Assembly (NCBI GenBank): GCA_963666975.2
Contig: CAXVYR010000004.1
Span: 2,350,850 to 2,414,849 of the forward strand
DNA length: 64,000 nucleotides
Direction: 5' to 3'
Origin: Terriglobia bacterium
GTDB lineage: Bacteria > Acidobacteriota > Terriglobia > 2-12-FULL-54-10
Position numbers and translations under genes: made by a program. Shown here piece after piece: positions 55,595 to 64,000 of the stretch (the first letter of the stretch is position 1; each line of letters opens with the position of its first letter). The notes under the pieces are model-generated. The model did not search any database. It worked only from the letters and a program-made list of their open reading frames with translations, and had not been told where the DNA came from.

Positions 55595-57750
55595 TATTTC
55601 CTCCCTCTCACATTGACTTCGACAATCGTCATGGTGTCATTGCCAAAGATGTCCACAACCTTTACCGCCAATTTGCTCCGCCCCGGTGCGCATTCGTGAA
55701 AGACGCTGGTCAGTTCCAGCGAACGGTCTTTCTTGGTGCGGAAGGACTGCCATTCGTTCTCGAAGATGTAATCCCCCGTCCAGACTTCCTCATATTCCGG
55801 TAGATCCAACTGTTCGGGCTGTTCCATCCCAGGAATCTGAACTTGTTTCATCTTGTCCCGCGGAATGCGGACGATCTCGCGCTTGCTCTCAAAGTTGAAA
55901 TCCACCGCCCAGTAGTCAATCCAGTCTGTCCATTTCTTGGTGAGCCGTTTGCGATTGACGATGCCCATCGCGTCCTTGCTCACCTTCACAATCTGCCCCT
56001 TTTCCGCCACGATCTTGCTGCCCTTGTTCTTGAGCGCAGCCTCCACGTTGGCGATGGAGTCCTGCGAATAGAAAACCGAAAAGTCGGTCAGTTCCACCGC
56101 CACGCTGTTTTTCTTGACGTGCGGCTTGACCTCAATCGCCGCCACATCGTGAAAGACCACTTGGTTCTTTTCCACCGCCCGCTTGTCGAACACCTCGGCG
56201 GGGATGTACTTGGGGGCGATGTCAATGCCCTTGGCGCGGGCTTCGTCCAGCACGTTAGGGAATAGCCCCATTTCAAACTCAAATCCCAGAATGTCCACGC
56301 GGGTGATGTGCTTCTTGCGGCATTCCAGGATCACCTCTTCCACAAACAGGCGCGTCACCGGCAGGTTGACCGGTCCCACCGCCACTAGCCGCCCAGCCTT
56401 CTTGCCGTGGAAGGTCTGGAAGCCGTCGGTCTTTTCGGCTCGATAGGCCCGCAGGATCAGGTCCACGAAGGCAGCTTCCTTTTCTTCCAGTTGCTCTTGC
56501 TGTTCCGCCTCGCGCAGGTTGGGATTCACACCGATGTAATGCTGGCGTTCGTACTTACCCAAGTTGAGGATTTCAAAGGCGCGGTAGTCTTTGCCTTCGG
56601 CTTTCAACTGCCGCTGCACGCCGATCATGCGCTTTCGCGTGGTATGGATGGCGAACTTTCCCAGATCGCCGACGATCCACTTGCGGCCCTCCTTCTCGGC
56701 CACTGCCGCCGTAGTGCCGCTCCCGCAGAAGAAGTCGGCCACTAGGTCGCCTTCGTTAGAGGAGGCTTGAATGATGCGTTCGATGAATTTTTCTGATTTT
56801 TGTGTTGGGTACCCAAGATGCTCTGTTGGATACCTTGACGCTGGATTAACATCGGCCCACCAGTCTTCTGGGATTTTTCCTGCATCATTTAATTTCACAT
56901 CGTTAAAAATGGTGCCCCCTTTTTTAATGACGTTTCGGTTTGCTCTACTTAGACTTTCATCTGCATAGGGAATTCGCACATCATTTAAATTCAGTGTCAG
57001 AGACTCACTTTTTGTAAACAGGAATATAGTGTCGTGCTTCCGAGGGAAATTACTGCGAACATTTGAGGGGGATGTATAACACCATATTAATTCATTACGC
57101 ATATTCCCCTTCCCAAAAACATCGTCTAAAACCATCCTGATATAACTATTCACGCGCCAGTCACAATGCACATAAATACTCCCATCCTCCGCCAGTAAAT
57201 CCCGCATCAGCGCCAGCCGCTCGTAGATCATGGCGATGAAGGAATCCGCACCCTTGCCCCAGGTGTCACGGTAGGCGATCTCTTCCAGGATGTTGGGTTT
57301 CTTGGTGAAGGTTTCGTCGCCGATCTCGATGTCCATTGAAAAATCCGCGCCCACGTCAAAGGGCGGGTCAATATAGATCAACTTGAGGCCGCCTTGTTTT
57401 TCGATCTCCTCGCGCAGCGGCCCGTTCTTTAGGGATGACAGGATCAGCTTGTTGTCGCCCCAGATGAGCTTGTTGGTCCAGCCCTTGAGCTGGCGGCCCC
57501 GCGAATCGGTTGCGAACAGGTCCGCTTGCAGCGCCGTCTCTTCCGGCTTCTCGGCGCGCGGCTCGTCCACCTGCTCGATCACCTGGAAAGGCAGAACGAT
57601 ATTGCAGACCTCGCTGGTTTTGCCGTTCCAGACCAGTTCCACCTCGCGCTTGTCCTCAAACAGCAGAAAGCGATACTTGTCCGGCAAGGGCTTATCAGCT
57701 TCGATAAAGCGGATGATCTCTTGTTGTTCCTGCTCAGTCAGTCGGGCCAT
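55594..57750 (-). CDS. mod: Type III R-M Mod subunit (beta-class amino-methyltransferase)
   Basis: LIYIDPPF motif IV, YPTQK, DFFCGSGTT motif I; coupled to res. Confidence 0.92.
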   Translation of the reverse strand: MARLTEQEQQEIIRFIEADKPLPDKYRFLLFEDKREVELVWNGKTSEVCNIVLPFQVIEQVDEPRAEKPEETALQADLFATDSRGRQLKGWTNKLIWGDNKLILSSLKNGPLREEIEKQGGLKLIYIDPPFDVGADFSMDIEIGDETFTKKPNILEEIAYRDTWGKGADSFIAMIYERLALMRDLLAEDGSIYVHCDWRVNSYIRMVLDDVFGKGNMRNELIWCYTSPSNVRSNFPRKHDTIFLFTKSESLTLNLNDVRIPYADESLSRANRNVIKKGGTIFNDVKLNDAGKIPEDWWADVNPASRYPTEHLGYPTQKSEKFIERIIQASSNEGDLVADFFCGSGTTAAVAEKEGRKWIVGDLGKFAIHTTRKRMIGVQRQLKAEGKDYRAFEILNLGKYERQHYIGVNPNLREAEQQEQLEEKEAAFVDLILRAYRAEKTDGFQTFHGKKAGRLVAVGPVNLPVTRLFVEEVILECRKKHITRVDILGFEFEMGLFPNVLDEARAKGIDIAPKYIPAEVFDKRAVEKNQVVFHDVAAIEVKPHVKKNSVAVELTDFSVFYSQDSIANVEAALKNKGSKIVAEKGQIVKVSKDAMGIVNRKRLTKKWTDWIDYWAVDFNFESKREIVRIPRDKMKQVQIPGMEQPEQLDLPEYEEVWTGDYIFENEWQSFRTKKDRSLELTSVFHECAPGRSKLAVKVVDIFGNDTMTIVEVNVRGRK

Positions 57751-58041
57751 ACAAGGGTCTCTCCTCCATTGGTAAAAATTGCACGTTAAGGCGCTAAGGG
57801 CGCTTGACGTAGCAAACGGATAACTGCGGTGCGACTGACCCCGAGGCGCTTGGCGATTTCCCGATTATTCAGCCGATCCTTGCTGACCAGAGTCGGGCCA
57901 TACAAGGGTCTCTCCTCCATTGGTAAAAATTGCACGTTAAGGCGCTAAGGGCGCTTGACGTAGCAAACGGATAACTGCGGTGCGACTGACCCCGAGGCGC
58001 TTGGCGATTTCCCGATTATTCAGCCGATCCTTGCTGACCAG
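57740..58041. repeat. 151-bp perfect tandem duplication covering the mod start and RBS
   Basis: 57740-57890 equals 57891-58041. Confidence 0.9.
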
Positions 58042-58367
58042 ACCGAGGTTTTGTACCAAGCGTTGTGAGAGAGTTTACATGACAGCCTGTGGTTGTGAAA
58101 CTAGTTTTGGGGGAGAGAATGGATTACAGGCCCTCGGCGCAGCACAACCCGTGATCTTCCATTCGCAGCATGTGCAGGTTGCCTACCTCACTCGACTGCC
58201 TCGGATGCAGGGGTTCGAGGGTTGATCGTTCGGGAAACCTGTCCGGGGACGTCTTCGAGGGTCCAATGGATTCCCCTTCAGAAAGAGGGGTCTGATGAGG
58301 GAATCATAGTGGACGTTTTGTCAACATATCTAGTGTTATCAATTACTTAAAGTCAATATAGCGTGGC

Positions 58368-58689
58368 CAGCGCCATGATGACGGGGGAGCGCGTGGGCGT
58401 GGGGCATGACCCGCAGCGCGGCGCGGCCTATGTCGAGAATTGGGTTGCGGTCCTGGAAAAAGACCCGCACGAGATTCATAGAGCGGCGCGGGACGCGCAG
58501 CGGATGACCAATTACCTGATGGACCGTGCGGTCGAGCACGAGCGCGAAGCGCCGGTCAAGGAGAAGACGGCGGCGGAGTTGAGCCACCAATATTCTCATG
58601 CTCGCGGGCCTCAGATCAGCCAGACGCCGAAGCAATCCACGGAACAACACGCGCAGAAGCTCCAACGCGAGGTTGGGTTGAGCCGGTAA
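58368..58689 (+). pseudogene. ardC: ArdC 3' part
   Basis: SAMMTGERVGVGHDP...AAYVENW...IHRAARDAQR continues the ArdC C-terminus. Confidence 0.85.
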
Positions 58690-58698
58690 GGAGCCGTC

Positions 58699-59595
58699 GT
58701 GTTCGATCCGCGAGACCTAGCTACCGATCCCCGCAGGACCGTAACGCGCCCCAGGCGCGACCACACCAAAGAGCGGGAACAGCGGGAGCGCAGCGGCCAC
58801 CGGCGCGAATACGATCCCCGCACCGAGCGCAAGAACTTTCAGGAGCGGGCGGATCGGGCGGTGGCCGACGTGGGGATGTATCGGAGTGTCGCCTACCGCG
58901 ACCTGGCCGATGCTCACTTCGATGGACACCCCTACGTGGCGCGTCGGGCCGTGGATCGCATGATTCGGGCCGGGCACGTCCGGGAGCACACTGCCGAGGG
59001 GCCGCAAGGCGGCGCCTACAAGGTGCTCACGCTCACCGAGCGCGGAGTAGAGCGGGCCGGGCGGGTAGCCCGCGAACAAGGACTCGACAAAGAGCAGAAA
59101 GCATGGAGCGGCCTCGTGAAGCCCGGAGAGCTTCAACATGACGTGGCCGTGTTTCGAGCCGCAAGGATTGAGCAAGTGCGGTTGCTCGAACAAGGAGCCG
59201 TCCTCAAGCGGGTCCGCATTGACGCCGAACTCAAGCGCGAGGTCGCCCGCGCCACGGAAAGCGCCAGAGCGCGAGGCGGAAAGGAAGCGGCGGACGCCGC
59301 ACGGTTTGAGGCGGCGGAGGCGCTGGGGCTCCCCGTCAAGGATGGACGGGTGGAATACCCGGACGCGCAGCTGGAGTACGACATCGAGGGCCGCAGCGGG
59401 CGCGTGAACGTCGAGATTGCGACCGAGCACTACAGCGCCAAGAGTATCGGCGCGAAAGCCGCCGCTGGATTCGCCGTGCATGGAAGCAATGGGCGGGCGG
59501 CGGCGCGAGTAGCGCGGGCGCTCGGCCAGGACCACAGCACCGGAGGCGGAGGGGGAAGCGGCGGCAGACGAGACAAGGGCTCCATCGAACTCTGA
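58699..59595 (+). CDS. Replication-relaxation (MOBC-like) relaxase candidate
   Basis: wHTH (LTLTERG), QHDVAV and PDAQLEY...VNVEIATEHY nuclease-like motif; located upstream of virB genes. Confidence 0.6.
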   Translation: MFDPRDLATDPRRTVTRPRRDHTKEREQRERSGHRREYDPRTERKNFQERADRAVADVGMYRSVAYRDLADAHFDGHPYVARRAVDRMIRAGHVREHTAEGPQGGAYKVLTLTERGVERAGRVAREQGLDKEQKAWSGLVKPGELQHDVAVFRAARIEQVRLLEQGAVLKRVRIDAELKREVARATESARARGGKEAADAARFEAAEALGLPVKDGRVEYPDAQLEYDIEGRSGRVNVEIATEHYSAKSIGAKAAAGFAVHGSNGRAAARVARALGQDHSTGGGGGSGGRRDKGSIEL

Positions 59596-59605
59596 GGGAG
59601 AAGCG

Positions 59606-59929
59606 ATGCAACCGTGGAAAATCAGTGTCGGACTGACGGCCATCCTCCTGGCCGTGGCCTTGATGCTCGCCGGCGAGAGCTTCGCTTATCTCAAGCCGTA
59701 CTTAGGAATCATCGCAACCGACTACTGGCTGCCCGTCGCGTGGCATGGCGGTCTGGCCGTGGTGACGCTGATGGTCATGATCTACTCCGCCGCTCGCGCC
59801 TTGGGGCTGGCCGACATGGGCCTCAAGGTCGATCTGATGGAGCGGTCCATCCGGCGCGGCGAGGGCGGGCAAATCGAGCTTGCCGAGAAACTGGAACAAG
59901 AGGACCGGGGGCAGTTTCCCGGAGCCTGA
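59606..59929 (+). CDS. Hypothetical 2-TM protein of the conjugation operon
   Basis: RBS and two hydrophobic segments. Confidence 0.6.
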   Translation: MQPWKISVGLTAILLAVALMLAGESFAYLKPYLGIIATDYWLPVAWHGGLAVVTLMVMIYSAARALGLADMGLKVDLMERSIRRGEGGQIELAEKLEQEDRGQFPGA

Positions 59930-59961
59930 CGCACAGCGACCCAACAGACACGGAGGGAAGC

Positions 59962-60255
59962 ATGAAGAACAACAACTCAATCATCTGGAAGCGGGGAGCG
60001 CTGCTGGCGAGCGTCCTTGCACTATCGGCGGGAGAACTCATGGCGCAGGGAACAAGCCCCTGGTTGCAAGCCATAGACGTGCTGCAACAGGCGTTCACCG
60101 GACCCATTGCGCGAGGACTGAGCTTGATTGCCATCGTGGTGGGCGGGCTCATGTTCGCCTTTGGTGAAGGCGGCAGCAAAAAGGCCCTGGCCGGGATCGT
60201 CTTCGGTCTTGGCATGGCCATGGGCGCGGCCAGCTTCCTCGCCTGGCTCTTCTGA
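59962..60255 (+). CDS. virB2: TrbC/VirB2 pilin
   Basis: Signal peptide; SPW...FTGPIARGLSLIAIVVGGLMFAFGEGG. Confidence 0.88.
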   Translation: MKNNNSIIWKRGALLASVLALSAGELMAQGTSPWLQAIDVLQQAFTGPIARGLSLIAIVVGGLMFAFGEGGSKKALAGIVFGLGMAMGAASFLAWLF

Positions 60256-60551
60256 TGGAGCGCGGCAAGACATGGCGCGGCTACCCGGCGCTTTCCAAAC
60301 CCCTCACGATCATGGGCGTGGAACGGCGCTGGTTCCTTCTGAGCGCCACGTTGGGCCTTGCCATGTGGAACGCCATCAACTCCATTGTGACCGGGGGAGT
60401 CATTTTCGGAGTGCTCTACGGCGTGGGATTCTGGGCCTGGAAACAAGACCCCAACATGCTTGAAATCCTACGGGCGTCGGCCAAGTTCCGCGTCCGCTAC
60501 GATCCCGGCAAATGGGCGGCGGCTCCCTGGACGATCCTGATTCGGAGATAG
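60255..60551 (+). CDS. virB3: VirB3/TrbD T4SS protein
   Basis: LSKPLTIMGVER...KQDP; between virB2 and virB4. Confidence 0.85.
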   Translation: MERGKTWRGYPALSKPLTIMGVERRWFLLSATLGLAMWNAINSIVTGGVIFGVLYGVGFWAWKQDPNMLEILRASAKFRVRYDPGKWAAAPWTILIRR

Positions 60552-60554
60552 CGC

Positions 60555-62978
60555 GTGAACGTGAACGACGAACTCATGGACTACGAAGCGGCGGGATCGC
60601 TGGCCGAGGAACTGCCCTGGTGGGGCTGGCTCGAAGATGGGCAAACGTGCCTGACGCGGGCGGGAGAACTTATGAGCATCGGGCGGATGACGCCCAGCGT
60701 TCTGGACGGCCAGACCCCCGAACAACTGGATCGGGTCATCGACCGCTGGCAGCGGATGTTGTCGGGGCTCGATTCCAGGACGCGGCTTTACTTCTATCTG
60801 TTGCGCCGCCCGATCCACTTTGCGGACGAGTTCGACGGCGCGGCATCGAGCGTGGCCGCGCTCGGACGGCGCAAGCGGCGGGCGTTCCTCGCGGATCGAG
60901 TGCAGGACGTGAGCGCCTACGTCGCATGGGTTCACGATCCGCACCTGTCCGCCGTCACCACCGGAAGGACGGGCGGGCCGTGGTGGATGGCCTATGCCAA
61001 GAACTGGATGGCCCGGCGGCGGAACCGGCATGAATCCGTTTACCTCCATTCCTCTATCGAATCCGCAGCAGCCAGCTTCCGGCAGCTGGTCGAGGCGAGC
61101 CGGGCGCTGGTCGACGACCTTACGCCGGTGCGGATGCTCGAAGCGCGGGATGCGTCTCTCGTTCTGAATGAACTCACGAACCGGCCCGGAACCTTTTGGG
61201 ACGGCGCGAGGGGCAGCGGCATGAATTGGCGGCTGGCCGTCTCAGAGCTCGAAGCGGAGCGGCGCAATCTGCGCCTGGACGGGGAACCCGTCATTCTCTA
61301 CTCGCTGCTTTCGCCTCCCGCTGCGGCTCGCGCCAATCTTCTGCAGGGTCTTTACCGGCTCGATGCGACGATGACGGTGACGCTCGAATGGCGACCGCAG
61401 CGCCTCGATGCCGCCCGGCGCAAAATCCGTGGAGCGCAGCGGCATTACTTCTCGAAGCGCTACTCGATGTCCGCGCACGTTCAGGAAACCGAGGGAACCG
61501 CGTCAGCGATGGTGGACACCGCAGCGGCGGCGGAATCCGACCGGCTGGGCGATGCCCTGGTCGAGTTGGAGACGGACGGTATCGCCTACGGCGACCTGGC
61601 CCTGACCGTGGCGATCCACGGCCCGTTATCGGAGACCGAGGGCCTGGACGGAGATATTCGGCGCATCTTTAACAGCCACGACGCCAAGGTGATCCGGGAG
61701 GGTTACGGGCAGCTTCCGGCCTGGTTCTCGCGGATGCCCGCGCAACCGCGACGGCGGCAGGTTCGATCCGTGTTTGTATCGGCGGGCGCGGTTGCTTCGA
61801 TGGCCCCGATCTTCGGGCCGCCGGTGGGGACACCCCGGAGCGGCCACTTGCGGAAGCCGGCGCTGGCGATCCTTGAGACCCAATGGCGGACTCCCTACCA
61901 CTACGATTTGTTTCAAGGCGACGTGGGGCACACGCTGGTTCTCGGCGCGACCGGCGCGGGTAAAAGCTTCTTGCTCAATTTCCTGCTGGTTCAGGCGCTC
62001 CAATACGATCCGCGTGTTCTCATCCTCGATCTAGGCGGCTCCTATCGCTGGCTCACGCAGTTTCTCGGCGGAGGCTATATGGAGCTATCCCCCGAAGGGG
62101 GCGCGGGCGCCGGTTTCCGGTTGCGCCCCTTCTCGCTCCCGGCGGGGGCGCGCACCTTCCAGTTCCTCACCGGCTGGATATCGCGTCTGTTGAGGATCGG
62201 CGGGTGGAAACTCAGCGGCGAAGACCCCAGCGAGATTCGCGCCCGCGTCGAAGACCTCTATGCCTTTGCACCCCAGCGGCGGACCCTTGGGGTGCTGGTC
62301 CGCTCCCTTCCCGCAAAGATGTGGCCCGCTTTGGGCCGTTGGCACGGAGCCGGAGCGTGGGCCAGGTACTTTGACAACCCGGCGGACGAAGACGATCTCA
62401 ACTTCCAGGACTGGCAGGTGATCGACATGGCGGGGGCGGCGGAGCACGAAGACTTGTGCGAAGCGGCGCTGTTCTACCTTCTCGAACGGTTGCGGCTGGC
62501 TTTGGAGAACCCGAATGAGACCGCAAGGGTAAAACTCATGGTGGTCGATGAAGCCTGGCGCTACCTGAAAGACCCGGCCATTCTCGGCTACCTGGCCGAA
62601 GCCGCTAAGACCTGGCGCAAGAAGAATGCGGCGCTCGTCGTCGCCACGCAGAGCGCCGTGGACGTAACCGGGACCGCAGGGGCGGAAGCGTTGCTCGAAT
62701 CCATGCCGACCAAGCTATTTCTCGCCAATCCCGATTTGCCGGAGAAAGCCGCCGAGACGTTCCGGCTGAACCCTTCGGAAATGAACACCATTCGCGGCTT
62801 GATTCCCAAACGGGAGCTTTACCTACGGCGCACCGACGCGGCGGGCATCTTGCGGCTCGAAGTCGATCCGGCCAGCTATTGGCTCTATACCTCGTCGCCG
62901 GTCGATGCTCAGAAGCGGGCGGAAGCCGTCAAACAGTATGGCCTCACCGAGGCCATTGAACACCTGTCCAGGAGGTAG
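60555..62978 (+). CDS. virB4: VirB4/TrbE conjugative ATPase
   Basis: GHTLVLGATGAGKS, ILDLGGSY, VVDEAW and RKKNA...ATQS motifs. Confidence 0.93.
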   Translation: MNVNDELMDYEAAGSLAEELPWWGWLEDGQTCLTRAGELMSIGRMTPSVLDGQTPEQLDRVIDRWQRMLSGLDSRTRLYFYLLRRPIHFADEFDGAASSVAALGRRKRRAFLADRVQDVSAYVAWVHDPHLSAVTTGRTGGPWWMAYAKNWMARRRNRHESVYLHSSIESAAASFRQLVEASRALVDDLTPVRMLEARDASLVLNELTNRPGTFWDGARGSGMNWRLAVSELEAERRNLRLDGEPVILYSLLSPPAAARANLLQGLYRLDATMTVTLEWRPQRLDAARRKIRGAQRHYFSKRYSMSAHVQETEGTASAMVDTAAAAESDRLGDALVELETDGIAYGDLALTVAIHGPLSETEGLDGDIRRIFNSHDAKVIREGYGQLPAWFSRMPAQPRRRQVRSVFVSAGAVASMAPIFGPPVGTPRSGHLRKPALAILETQWRTPYHYDLFQGDVGHTLVLGATGAGKSFLLNFLLVQALQYDPRVLILDLGGSYRWLTQFLGGGYMELSPEGGAGAGFRLRPFSLPAGARTFQFLTGWISRLLRIGGWKLSGEDPSEIRARVEDLYAFAPQRRTLGVLVRSLPAKMWPALGRWHGAGAWARYFDNPADEDDLNFQDWQVIDMAGAAEHEDLCEAALFYLLERLRLALENPNETARVKLMVVDEAWRYLKDPAILGYLAEAAKTWRKKNAALVVATQSAVDVTGTAGAEALLESMPTKLFLANPDLPEKAAETFRLNPSEMNTIRGLIPKRELYLRRTDAAGILRLEVDPASYWLYTSSPVDAQKRAEAVKQYGLTEAIEHLSRR

Positions 62979-62984
62979 CTGATT

Positions 62985-63827
62985 ATGTTGAAGATCATTC
63001 CACTCGTGACGGCGGCGCTGCTGGCCCTGTCGTTGCCGCTGATCGCTCAGGACGGCGGGCAGGTCCTGCGCGTCATCGAGGCCCAGGATCAAATCATCCA
63101 GATTCGGGCCAAGACCCGGCACACCACCGTCATCGTGCTTCCCGCGACGGAAAACGTGCTGGATTTTGTCGTGGGAGATTCCGAGTACTGGCACCTGACC
63201 GGGGCCGCTAATCTGGCCTTCCTCAAACCCATCGCCGAGGGCGTGACTACCAACGTCGCGCTGGTTTGCGCCTCCGGTCGCATCTACTCGTTCCTCGTCA
63301 CCGAGCGGAGCGCGGGAGATCCGCACCTGGTGGTTCGCATCGAGGCGCAGGGAGAAGCCGACCCGCGCATTTCACCGGCCGGGCACGAACCGGCCTTTGT
63401 CGCTCGCTCCCAGGTCGCGGCCTATCAGCAGATGGCGGAAACGGCCATCGAGACGGCCAAGGCCGTGCAGGTAGACGCGGATACCCGGATCGCGGAAACG
63501 GCGCTCGTGGAGGCACAGAAAACCGAGGCGTTCCGGGCGGAGTATCCCACGCGCCTCAAGTTCCCTTACCGATTGGAGGACAAGGCAAAGAAATGGCCGT
63601 TTCTAGTTGAAGGGATGTGGCACGACGGGCGGTTTACCTACCTTCGCGCCAACCCCCAGGAGTCGCCCGCGCTGTACGAAGAGAAGGACGGGAAACCGGC
63701 GCTGGTGGCCTACGATCTGGGCGAGGACGGGCTGTATATCGCCCGTCACGTTTTAGGTGACGGCTGGTTGCAGATCGGCAAACAAAAAGTCCGGTGGCGC
63801 TTCACCGCGCCGGAGATCGGGCCGTGA
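62985..63827 (+). CDS. virB9: VirB9/TrbG T4SS outer-membrane complex protein
   Basis: Signal peptide; TTVIVLP...GDSEYW, FLKP...TNV and WHDGRFTYL motifs. Confidence 0.85.
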   Translation: MLKIIPLVTAALLALSLPLIAQDGGQVLRVIEAQDQIIQIRAKTRHTTVIVLPATENVLDFVVGDSEYWHLTGAANLAFLKPIAEGVTTNVALVCASGRIYSFLVTERSAGDPHLVVRIEAQGEADPRISPAGHEPAFVARSQVAAYQQMAETAIETAKAVQVDADTRIAETALVEAQKTEAFRAEYPTRLKFPYRLEDKAKKWPFLVEGMWHDGRFTYLRANPQESPALYEEKDGKPALVAYDLGEDGLYIARHVLGDGWLQIGKQKVRWRFTAPEIGP

Positions 63828-64000
63828 TCGGCTGGCGGCGGCTGTACCCCAAACCGGCGGGATCGCTGCCCGGCGGCATCGTCACTCAATGGGGCGTCGG
63901 GATCATCACCATTCTGGTCCTCGTGTTTCTGACGTACTGGATTTATTTCGGAGGCGGTGAGGAAGCAGGGCTTGCGACCGAGACGGCCACAGAGCAGACC
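63824..64000 (+). CDS. Start of next T4SS gene (probably VirB10/TrbI), runs off the right edge
   Basis: GTG overlapping the virB9 stop; single TM helix; identity inferred from gene order only. Confidence 0.45.
   Translation, partial: MIGWRRLYPKPAGSLPGGIVTQWGVGIITILVLVFLTYWIYFGGGEEAGLATETATEQT

Larger units (their letters stand above)
47886..58376. mobile_element. ~10.5-kb integrative island inserted in ardC
   Basis: 9-bp direct repeat CAGCGCCAT at 47886-47894 and 58368-58376; AT-rich ends; removal restores the ardC frame. Confidence 0.85.

Noticed and set aside
58717-59643. 308-aa minus-strand ORF and other long antisense ORFs over mrp, res and virB4
   Set aside because: GC-rich shadow frames opposite well-supported genes

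Overview
This is a GC-rich bacterial window, probably Acidobacteriota (inferred from the REP-like palindromes, kinase types and ICE genes). Bases 1-8.5 kb look like core genome: an NTT/MFS-like transporter start, a degenerate Ser/Thr kinase and an intact mrpABCDEFG Na+/H+ antiporter operon. At 8685 a tRNA-Val(TAC) gene stops exactly at the end of its anticodon loop, and the rest of the window is a mosaic accessory region. That region holds a DUF3800 (RNase H-like) gene flanked on both sides by related predicted structured RNAs, a sigma54 activator with a PEP-CTERM gene, small redox genes including a probable DsrE selenoprotein (UxxC), and a decayed phage-satellite-like element (resolvase, HTH, primase-VirE, iteron origin, excisionase, integrase). 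It also holds many IS elements (3x IS256, IS4, IS3, IS6 with derived MITEs, IS1380, an rve-type IS, and IS1/IS5/IS21/IS630 remnants) and a RelE/XRE toxin-antitoxin pair. At the right end is a conjugative element (ardC, relaxase-like gene, virB2/B3/B4/B9) whose ardC anti-restriction gene is split by a ~10.5 kb P4-integrase island carrying a Type III R-M system. All calls come from reading motifs by eye; no database search or folding program was run. Several frameshifts are single-base homopolymer indels and may be sequencing errors.
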